Assembly (NCBI GenBank): GCA_017464565.1
Contig: JAFTZH010000025.1
Location: forward strand, 334-64,333
Origin: Clostridia bacterium
Lineage (GTDB): Bacteria > Bacillota > Clostridia > Oscillospirales > CAG-272
Reading direction: 5' to 3'
DNA: 64,000 nt
Each line of letters opens with the position of its first letter. Positions within the stretch are counted from its first letter, which is position 1. Below the pieces are notes generated by a model. It saw only the letters and a program-made list of their open reading frames with translations, was not told where the DNA came from and searched no databases. Shown in pieces: positions 56,961 to 64,000 of this stretch. Made by a program: the position numbers and the translations under genes.

Positions 56961-58864
56961 TGCCAAATCCTTTGTTAAAAATATTCGCAAAGCAGAGCGA
57001 AAAAGCCTCGGAGGACGCGGAGCGGGAGACCGACGGGAGCGGGGAAGCACTCTCGCCGTCGGTGGACGAGAGACGTATGGCAGAGTGGAACGGTATACTG
57101 CGTACCTACAAGAACGCGCGGAGCGGAATAGAACAGAAGATAAAAAACAACGAGCGATTCTGGCGTATGCGTCAGTGGAAGGAAGGGAGCCGCAAAAAGG
57201 GAGAACAGCCCATTCCCTCGACGGCGTGGCTGTTTACCTGTATTCAGTCCAAGCTTGCCGACGTTATGGAGTCCTACCCGACGGCAAATTTCAGACCGAG
57301 GCAGAAGGACGATATCGAGGAAGCGAAGAAGCTTTCAAGCGTAGTTCCCGTTATAATAGCGCAGAACGATTTTGAGGAGACCTACAGAAAGGTCTCGGAA
57401 TATACGCTTAAAAACGGCGTTGGGGTTTACCACGTATATTGGGACGGCAATCTTCACGGAGGGCTGGGAGATATAGCCATTCGTGAGGTGAACGTGCTTA
57501 ATATATTCTGGGAGCCGGGGATAACCGACCTTCAGCGCTCGGCTTACGTCTTTACGGTCGAGCTTGTCGAGAAGGATTTGCTCTTGCAGAAATATCCCGA
57601 TAAAGCCCTCGGCATAAAGGGAAAGGCGATAAGACCCGAGGAGTTCGTTACCGACGAACGCGCCGATACGCACAACAAGATAGCGGTCGTGGACGTTTAC
57701 TATCGCAAAAACGGAGTTCTGCACTACTGCAAATACGCCGATACCACCTGCCTTGAGTCCACCGAGAACTCACCCGAGCTGTACCCGAACGGTCTTTACG
57801 ACCACGGAAGATATCCGTTTGAGGTGCAGTCGCTCTATCATATAGAGCAGAGTCTGTACGGAACGGGAATGGTGGATATAGGCGCGGACGCTCAGCTCCA
57901 GATAGACCTGATAAACGAGGCGGTGGTCGAAAACACGCTTATGGGCGCGAAGCCGAGATTTCTCACGACCGCCGATAACGCTCTTGCCGAGGAGGAGCTT
58001 GCCGATTGGCGAAAAACCTTCGTCAAGGTCTCGTCTCTTTCGGAGACGAGCACCAAGCAGATAGACAGCAAGGCGCTTCAGGGAAATTATCTTGAGTTTT
58101 TGAATATGAAGATAGACGAGCTTAAATACGTTACCTCAAATCTCGACGTGAACAACGGCGCGGCGCCGAGCGGAGTTACAGCCGCGTCGGCAATAGCGGC
58201 GCTTCAGGAATCGTCGGGAAAAAATTCGAGATTTATAAATAAGACCTTTTATAATACCTTTTCTCACGTTATGGAGCTGGTCGTGGAGCTGATACGTCAG
58301 TTTTACGATACGCGCAGATGGTTCCGCGTCTCTCCCGACGCGGCGATGGGCGCGGAGCAGTTTATGGAATACGACAACTCGCATCTGCGCGGCGTTCCTC
58401 AGCCTTCAGTCAACGGTATGGATATGGGGCTTCGTATTCCCGAGTTCGATATAGAGATAACGGCGGAGAAGGCAAACCCCTACAAGAAAATGGAGATAAA
58501 CGAGTTGTCTCTGTCCTTCTATAAAATGGGCTTTTTCAATCCGCAGATGGCAGATCAGGCGATAGCCTGTCTCGATATGATGGATTTTGACAGCAAGGAT
58601 AAGCTTATCGAGCGCTTGCGCCAAAACGGAACGCTGCTTGACGCGCTTATGCAATATCAACGGCTTTGTATGGCGCTCGCTCAAAAATACGGCGACGCCG
58701 AGGCGATTGCTATGATAGGGCAGAATATGGCGCAGGGCGGTATACCTATGCCGGGCGGTTCGGTTGACCCGAGGGAAGCGGCGGACCCCGAAAAAAAGAT
58801 AGGTGAGAACAAGCAGGTGGAAAAAGCGAGAAGCCGGGCAAGAAACAGCACGGAGGTATCGTGA
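56960..58864 (+). CDS. Portal protein
   Basis: 634 aa immediately after terL (start overlaps the TGA); size, position and acidic/helical composition fit a portal. Confidence 0.75.
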   Translation: MPNPLLKIFAKQSEKASEDAERETDGSGEALSPSVDERRMAEWNGILRTYKNARSGIEQKIKNNERFWRMRQWKEGSRKKGEQPIPSTAWLFTCIQSKLADVMESYPTANFRPRQKDDIEEAKKLSSVVPVIIAQNDFEETYRKVSEYTLKNGVGVYHVYWDGNLHGGLGDIAIREVNVLNIFWEPGITDLQRSAYVFTVELVEKDLLLQKYPDKALGIKGKAIRPEEFVTDERADTHNKIAVVDVYYRKNGVLHYCKYADTTCLESTENSPELYPNGLYDHGRYPFEVQSLYHIEQSLYGTGMVDIGADAQLQIDLINEAVVENTLMGAKPRFLTTADNALAEEELADWRKTFVKVSSLSETSTKQIDSKALQGNYLEFLNMKIDELKYVTSNLDVNNGAAPSGVTAASAIAALQESSGKNSRFINKTFYNTFSHVMELVVELIRQFYDTRRWFRVSPDAAMGAEQFMEYDNSHLRGVPQPSVNGMDMGLRIPEFDIEITAEKANPYKKMEINELSLSFYKMGFFNPQMADQAIACLDMMDFDSKDKLIERLRQNGTLLDALMQYQRLCMALAQKYGDAEAIAMIGQNMAQGGIPMPGGSVDPREAADPEKKIGENKQVEKARSRARNSTEVS

Positions 58865-59184
58865 TGATAGAAGTGGCTTTCGACGGCAGATACGGAATTA
58901 TACTAAAAGGGCACGCGGGACAGGCGCCGTACGGCAGAGATATAGTGTGCGCGGGAGCGTCCGCGCTCTTGTGCTCGCTCGCCAAATTTTTCGTCGCTCA
59001 TACGGAGGAGCTTGCGGAATACGAGATAGACGTAAACGGCGGTTTCGGAAAGGTGAGAGTTTTACCGAAAGACTATTTTGAGCAAAGCTGTCTCGCCGTA
59101 TTCGAGCTTGCGAGAGGCGGATTTTCCGAGCTGGCGGAGCATTACCCAAGCTACATTCGGCAGGTGCCGATTGTAAATATATAA
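58864..59184 (+). CDS. Prp-like (DUF464/YsxB family) cysteine protease, phage-encoded
   Basis: 106 aa, ATGA overlap with portal. ..ILKGHAGQAPYGRDIVCAGASALL.. carries the His...Cys dyad context (GHA / DIVCA) of ribosomal-processing protease Prp. Confidence 0.7.
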   Translation: MIEVAFDGRYGIILKGHAGQAPYGRDIVCAGASALLCSLAKFFVAHTEELAEYEIDVNGGFGKVRVLPKDYFEQSCLAVFELARGGFSELAEHYPSYIRQVPIVNI

Positions 59185-59194
59185 AACTACGGAC

Positions 59195-59239
59195 TCGCCG
59201 ACCTAATCGGCAGTATGGAGTCGCCGACCTAATCGGCAG
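59195..59239 (+). repeat. Tandem 19-nt direct repeat, each unit a small hairpin, in front of the scaffold gene
   Basis: tcgccgacctaatcggcag at 59195-59213 and 59221-59239 (period 26); each contains gccga-cctaa-tcggc. Confidence 0.8.
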
Positions 59240-59251
59240 GAAGGGGTGCTT

Positions 59252-60223
59252 ATGGCACTGCATTATTTATTCGATCTTCAGCTTTTCGCTGACGCAGGAG
59301 GAAACGGTGGCGGCGCGGCGGACGGCGGTGGATCGGGAGCCGCGGGAGAAGCGGCGGGAGCGACAGGGTCGGCTTACCCGCATAATATTCCCGAACGCGC
59401 TAAAAGGTACTACGATATTGCGGCGGAGAAAAAGACGCAGAATGTCGACACTGCGCAAAAGAAGAACCGCCCAAAAGCAAATTCCACCGAAGGAAGCTCG
59501 GACGAGGCGAGAAAGCCGACCTATAAGGAAATGATAGAGTCCGACGACTACAAGCAGGAACACGAAAAGTACTTGCAGAAGGTCATCAGGGACAGAATGA
59601 AAAAGCACGATGCCGAAAGCAAAGAGGCAAACGAGCTTTTATCCCTTATAGGACAGAAATACGGACTTGACGTGAACTCCGAGAATTTCAGAGCGGAGCT
59701 GTCGGAGGCGATAAAGGATGACGACAGCGTATACGAGCGCTACGCCGAGGAACACGATCTGCCTCTTTCGGAGGCAAAACGCCTTATGGGGCTTGAAAGA
59801 CAGCTTGCGAAAGCGGAGGAGGAGGCAAAAGCGGCGCGGGAAAAGGAAGAAAACGACAGGGTGATAAACGCTCTCCGCGCGAAGAGTGAGGAGACGAGAA
59901 AGCTCTATCCCGATTTTGACCTTGATACTGCTATCCGCGACGAACGCTTCAGACGCCTTACGGCGGCGTTCGGCGGAGACACCACGCAGGCCTACGAGGC
60001 GTTGAATCACAGAACGCTTCAAAGACGCGCCGTGGCCGATGCCGAAGCAAAGGCACAGCGCACCGTGGCGAACAGCGTAAGAGCAAACCGCTCACGGCCC
60101 TCCGAGGGAGGATTGTCCGCGGCTTCAAACGCCGCTGGAACGGTGCCCGATTTCAGGACTATGGGGCTTGACGCTCTGCGCGCCTGGGCGGCACAGCAAA
60201 GAAATAAAGCGGGGAGGTGGTAA
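59252..60223 (+). CDS. Scaffolding protein with N-terminal LQLFA leader
   Basis: MALHYLFDLQLFADAGGNGGG.., then a highly charged coiled-coil sequence (EEAKAAREKEEND); position between portal and capsid. Confidence 0.7.
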   Translation: MALHYLFDLQLFADAGGNGGGAADGGGSGAAGEAAGATGSAYPHNIPERAKRYYDIAAEKKTQNVDTAQKKNRPKANSTEGSSDEARKPTYKEMIESDDYKQEHEKYLQKVIRDRMKKHDAESKEANELLSLIGQKYGLDVNSENFRAELSEAIKDDDSVYERYAEEHDLPLSEAKRLMGLERQLAKAEEEAKAAREKEENDRVINALRAKSEETRKLYPDFDLDTAIRDERFRRLTAAFGGDTTQAYEALNHRTLQRRAVADAEAKAQRTVANSVRANRSRPSEGGLSAASNAAGTVPDFRTMGLDALRAWAAQQRNKAGRW

Positions 60224-60245
60224 GCCTCTCTGAAAAGGAGTTATT

Positions 60246-61235
60246 ATGAAAAAAATCTATTTTGAAAATTTCAATCTTCAGCTTTTCGCGGATATTACCG
60301 CGAATATGACTAAAACCACTACCGATTTGATGTCTCCCACTATGAAGGAGTTTTACGATACCACCCTTCTTGAAAACGCCAAGGAGGAGATGGTATGGAA
60401 TCAGTTCGGAAAGGAGCAGACCGTAACTCACGGAAACAGCGTGGAGTGGAGAAAATTCAAGACCTTCTCTCCCGCCGTTACTCCTCTTGAGGAGGGCGTG
60501 GCGCCTGCCGGCTCGAGTCTCGGAATGGAGAACGTAACCGCTACTCTTTCACAGCACGGCGATTTCGTTTCGGTATCCGACGTGCTCGAATACGAGGCTT
60601 ACGACGACGTTATCTTCGGCGCGGCGGAGGAAATGGGGACCGCGGGAGGCGAGACCGAGGACCTTCTCACCCGAAACGCCGTGCTTACGGGTACGGGCGT
60701 ATCCTACTGTCCGCTCTCAAACGGAACCGTGCCTGCGTCGAGAGCACAGCTTGACGGAACCTCCCGTCTTACTCCCGAAATGGTAAACAAGGCGGCGACC
60801 TATCTCAAAAAGATGAAGGCACCTAAAATAAACGGATATTACGTAGCAATCATTCATCCGTCGGTCGCCGAGGACCTCAGAAACAGCGATGAATGGAAGG
60901 AATTTCACAAATACAATTCGGTACAGCAGATATTCAAGGGAGAAATAGGCGAGCTTCACGGTGTAAAGTTTATCGAATCGAATACAGCGAAGGTTTACGC
61001 GCAGGACAGCGGAGCGGTATACGCGACGGTATTTTTCGGAAAGGACGCGTGGGGCAAGGTAGCGCTTGAGGGCGCGGGTATGGAAATGATAATCAAGGAT
61101 AAGTCCGAGATAGGCGGTCCCCTTGAGCAGTTTTCAACCATAGGCTACAAGTTTATGCACGGCGCGAAGATTCTTTACGAGGAGCGCGTTATCCGTGTGG
61201 AATCCAACTCGTCCTACAACGATGACGCAAACTGA
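60246..61235 (+). CDS. Major capsid protein (HK97-fold, N4-gp56-like pattern) with N-terminal LQLFA leader
   Basis: MKKIYFENFNLQLFADITA... 329 aa, strong SD AAAGGAG; ..VEWRKFKTFSPAVTPLEEGVAPAGSSL..ATLSQHGDFVSVSD.. resembles that capsid family, from memory only. Confidence 0.7.
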   Translation: MKKIYFENFNLQLFADITANMTKTTTDLMSPTMKEFYDTTLLENAKEEMVWNQFGKEQTVTHGNSVEWRKFKTFSPAVTPLEEGVAPAGSSLGMENVTATLSQHGDFVSVSDVLEYEAYDDVIFGAAEEMGTAGGETEDLLTRNAVLTGTGVSYCPLSNGTVPASRAQLDGTSRLTPEMVNKAATYLKKMKAPKINGYYVAIIHPSVAEDLRNSDEWKEFHKYNSVQQIFKGEIGELHGVKFIESNTAKVYAQDSGAVYATVFFGKDAWGKVALEGAGMEMIIKDKSEIGGPLEQFSTIGYKFMHGAKILYEERVIRVESNSSYNDDAN

Positions 61236-61257
61236 TTCGGGTGAAGGAGATTAAATT

Positions 61258-61509
61258 ATGTCAGCAAATTCCGCAGCAAAGACAGAAAAGAAGGTTAAGG
61301 TGATTTTGCCGCTGCTTGAGGGAAAAAACGCCTCGCAGGACGTGTTCGTGTCTGTGAACTTCAAGCCCTACAAGATACAGCGCGGCGTTGAGGTCGAGGT
61401 ACCTGAAAGCGTGGCAAACGTTCTTGACGAGGCGCAGAGAGCCGCGAACGAGGAGATACGCGTGAGAAACCAGCGCGCGTTCAGAAGTCCCGAAAACAAA
61501 CATTCGTAA
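61258..61509 (+). CDS. Small head-associated protein (83 aa)
   Basis: SD GAAGGAGA; follows the capsid gene. Confidence 0.5.
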   Translation: MSANSAAKTEKKVKVILPLLEGKNASQDVFVSVNFKPYKIQRGVEVEVPESVANVLDEAQRAANEEIRVRNQRAFRSPENKHS

Positions 61510-61519
61510 AAACATAAAA

Positions 61520-61552
61520 GGAGGGGGCTTTGCTCCCTCCGATATTTATTTT
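61520..61552 (+). terminator. Hairpin + T-rich tract after the capsid genes
   Basis: ggagggggctttgctccctcc + gatatttatttt. Confidence 0.55.
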
Positions 61553-61562
61553 GAGGTGAAAA

Positions 61563-61937
61563 ATGACCATAGACAAAGCCATAATCGAAGCCGACGAGCT
61601 TCGGGGAAATATGCTCGGCAAGAGAGTAAAACGAAACCTCTTATCCGAGCTTGACGGAAGAATATATTACGAGCTTTTTGAGCCGCAGAGTTCCGAGGGC
61701 TTTTCGGGATACGGCGATGAAACGCCGGGGGACACCGAGCTTCTCGTACCGTATCCTTACGACAGACTTTACGTGCTGTATCTCGACGGAGAGATATGCC
61801 GTTTGAGCGGAGATACCGTGAAATATAACAACTCACGTATACTTTTCAACGAGATGTACGACGCGTTTACGCGCTGGTATCACCGAAACAGAAAAAAAGA
61901 ATTTCCGAATATAAGATTCCCAATGAGGAGGTATTGA
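61563..61937 (+). CDS. Putative head-tail adaptor/connector (124 aa)
   Basis: SD TGAGGTGA; assignment by position only. Confidence 0.4.
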   Translation: MTIDKAIIEADELRGNMLGKRVKRNLLSELDGRIYYELFEPQSSEGFSGYGDETPGDTELLVPYPYDRLYVLYLDGEICRLSGDTVKYNNSRILFNEMYDAFTRWYHRNRKKEFPNIRFPMRRY

Positions 61938-61938
61938 T

Positions 61939-64000
61939 ATGTACGCGCCTGAACTGTACGAAGCGGAGCAGACGAGAGATATAATACAGACCTTTGGAGG
62001 ATATAATCATAACGTAAGGATAGGAGACGGTGAGTTTTACGATATGAAGAACCTATCAAGCGGGAATTATCCGGCGCTCTCGCCGAGGAGAAAACGCGGA
62101 ATAGTCCGCGCGGTATCCGAATGTAACGGCCTTACGGCGAAGAACGAGCTTGCGTATATTGACGGAAGCGTTCTGTATTACGGAGATAAAAGCGTGGAGC
62201 TTGACGGCGGCGTCAGCGGAGAAAGACAGATGATATCAATGGGAGCGTATCTTCTCGTATTTCCCGATATGATTTATCTCAATACGGCAAACCTTTCCGA
62301 TTACGGAAGTATATACGGAAGGGAGCAGAGCTTTGAGGGTGCGGCGTCCTTTCGGCTTGTGGACAGCGAGGGAAACGATATTGAACTGCGCTCGCTTATA
62401 TTGGATACCCTTATCGGAGACGGACAAAACGACTTCTGGGCGAAGTCCTTTTCGGCAGACGACGGAGCGTATATATATATCAATCCTTACGATTATAATA
62501 ATTATCAGGACCTTTCGGGTATTCCCGCGCCGGTAACGGTAACGATAAACAGCGCGGACAGCGTCGTATATACGAGAGAAAAGGTATGTAACGAGAGCTT
62601 GAAATATTCCGTAATAATAGGCACAGCCTCATACCAGGTGGAGCCGTTGATATTTTCAGACGACGACGGAGGCTTTAACGAGGTAAATCCGAGACTCTCC
62701 GTAAAGGTGAGAAGCAAGGAAGCGTCCGACGTTTTGATACAGGCGGCGTCCGATTGGTTTTCGTCGGGAGAGAAGGGACCTTGCACCGTTGCCACGATAA
62801 CGGTAACGAGGACGTATCAGGGAAAGACCGAGGAGAGAATATACAATATCGCTATCCGTTCCGATTACGAATATTTTTATTTACCGATAAAAATAGGCGA
62901 CGTGCGCCTTAAGGAATACGGAGGGATTTTTCACACCGAGGCGTGTATACGCACCTGCGCCGATGCGCTTGACACGTGGAACGAGAGAGGCTGCTGGCAG
63001 GAGATACCTTCTTATATAAGACTAAAGATGACGGGGAGCGGGATAGGCACCGCGCTTCGTAAAATAATCGAGGAAAAGACCTCGGAGATACTATCGCTAA
63101 CCTCTGTCAGCGTGAGCGGATACAGCGATTACAGCTTCAGAAGCCTGCTTGGCGACTGGTCGGCAAATAAGTTTATGATTCTTAAGGATAACGCTAAATA
63201 CTTTTCGGAGGATACCGTAGATATCGTCGGCTGTCTGGGACTCGTTGCCGATGGCAAGACGGCGGGAACGTCGATAAGCTTTATTCCGATTCAGAAGAAG
63301 CTTGATTTTATCATAGAGAGCAACAACAGGCTTTGGGGATGCAGATACGGCAAGGACGTAAGCGGAAAATTCGTCAACGAGATATACGCTACGGCACAGG
63401 GATCCTTCAAATGCTGGGACGTTTTCGAGGGTACGTCGCAGGACAGCTACGCGGTATCTCTCGGAAGCGACGGCAGATTTACGGGAGCGGTGAATTATCG
63501 CGGATATCCCACCTTTTTCAAAGAAAAGTGTTGTCATATCGTGTACGGCTCGTACCCCGAAAATTATCAGATTGTAACCGATACGAGCATAGGTTTGCAG
63601 GATGGGAGCCATAAGAGCCTCTGCATAATCCAAAACGTTTTATATTACAAGACGGGCGACGGCGTTTACTGCTACGACGGTTCGTCGTCTTATAAGATAT
63701 CCGAGCCTCTCGGAAACGTGAGCTATACCGGCGCCGTGGGTGGAAGCTCGGACGGGAAATATTATATCTCTATGACGGACGACAGCGCGCAGCGAACGCT
63801 TTTCGTTTACGATATTTCCCGGGGAATGTGGTATAAGGAGGATGATATCGACGCGCGTTTTATGGCGCAGTACAAAGACGATTTGTATATATACGATGCG
63901 GGGAGTCAATCGCTGCTTACCGCAAAAGGAACGGCGGGGAACGAAGAAGAAAACGGCGTGCCTTGGTATGCCGACACGGGAATAATAGGATATTCCACGC
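61939..64000 (+). CDS. Large phage structural protein (>=687 aa, 3' end outside window) with beta-propeller-like repeats; possible tail/nozzle protein
   Basis: Not in the ORF track because no stop is reached. My own translation of frame 1 from ATG 61939 (SD GAGGAGG) is stop-free to 64000. Starts MYAPELYEAEQTRDIIQTFGGYNHNVRIGDGEFYDMKNLS.., with later repeats such as VLYYKTGDGVYCYDGSS, KYYISMTDD..LFVYDISRGMWYKED, DDLYIYDAGS. Confidence 0.7.
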   Translation, partial: MYAPELYEAEQTRDIIQTFGGYNHNVRIGDGEFYDMKNLSSGNYPALSPRRKRGIVRAVSECNGLTAKNELAYIDGSVLYYGDKSVELDGGVSGERQMISMGAYLLVFPDMIYLNTANLSDYGSIYGREQSFEGAASFRLVDSEGNDIELRSLILDTLIGDGQNDFWAKSFSADDGAYIYINPYDYNNYQDLSGIPAPVTVTINSADSVVYTREKVCNESLKYSVIIGTASYQVEPLIFSDDDGGFNEVNPRLSVKVRSKEASDVLIQAASDWFSSGEKGPCTVATITVTRTYQGKTEERIYNIAIRSDYEYFYLPIKIGDVRLKEYGGIFHTEACIRTCADALDTWNERGCWQEIPSYIRLKMTGSGIGTALRKIIEEKTSEILSLTSVSVSGYSDYSFRSLLGDWSANKFMILKDNAKYFSEDTVDIVGCLGLVADGKTAGTSISFIPIQKKLDFIIESNNRLWGCRYGKDVSGKFVNEIYATAQGSFKCWDVFEGTSQDSYAVSLGSDGRFTGAVNYRGYPTFFKEKCCHIVYGSYPENYQIVTDTSIGLQDGSHKSLCIIQNVLYYKTGDGVYCYDGSSSYKISEPLGNVSYTGAVGGSSDGKYYISMTDDSAQRTLFVYDISRGMWYKEDDIDARFMAQYKDDLYIYDAGSQSLLTAKGTAGNEEENGVPWYADTGIIGYST

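Larger units (their letters stand above)
49247..64000. mobile_element. Prophage (left part): lysogeny, early and head modules; right end beyond window
   Basis: An integrase gene lies 300 bp downstream of the tRNA 3' end, followed by immA, xre/cro switch, DUF4373, terS, terL, portal, Prp-like, scaffold, capsid. The att repeat could not be located because the other end is outside the window. Confidence 0.9.

Noticed and set aside
59270-60293. The two LQLFA-coding stretches lying exactly 1000 nt apart
   Set aside because: Treated as coincidence, since no other periodic structure links the two positions. Only the shared motif itself is reported.

Overview
About 49 kb of core chromosome from a ~50% GC, apparently spore-forming Bacillota (Clostridia-like; it carries an alpha/beta SASP, YlmC/YmxH and SpoVD/SpoVE-type division genes). 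This is followed by the left ~14.8 kb of a prophage inserted directly downstream of a tRNA-Thr(CGT) gene and running off the window end. The core part holds a Clp ATPase 3' end, a degenerate P-type ATPase homologue, rpsB-tsf, valS with a T-box leader, and tRNA-Thr(GGT). It also holds an NhaC-type antiporter fused to a DnaJ-type zinc finger and a dcw cluster (mraZ-rsmH-ftsL-like-PBP-murE-murF-mraY-ftsW-murG-ftsQ, then ftsZ behind its own terminator). Further genes are rbsK, a DUF815-type ATPase, cspA, an SASP gene, type-2 ileS, a PurF-like protein lacking Cys1, rubrerythrin, rpmB, a degenerate PurL-like protein, mtaB, upp, an RluA-family synthase, lnt plus a small lipoprotein, tyrS and rsmA. 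The prophage part holds int-immA-xre / cro, a few small early genes, a DUF4373-type replication protein, terS, terL, portal, a Prp-like protease, scaffold, major capsid, two small head genes and a large repeat-rich ORF that is still open at base 64000. Many sigmaA promoters with exact 17-bp spacing and many intrinsic terminators are readable. No rRNA, CRISPR array or transposase was seen. The main items worth a second look are as follows. (1) A phage-encoded Prp-like protease with L27-style LQLFA leaders on both scaffold and capsid. (2) A family of nested palindromic intergenic repeats (five loci). (3) Three enzyme homologues with their catalytic motifs replaced (P-type ATPase, PurF, PurL). 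(4) A zinc-finger/antiporter fusion. (5) An MraZ-box array with 10-bp phasing. (6) A T7-like structural gene order in a temperate element. All family assignments come from reading motifs by eye; no database search was run.
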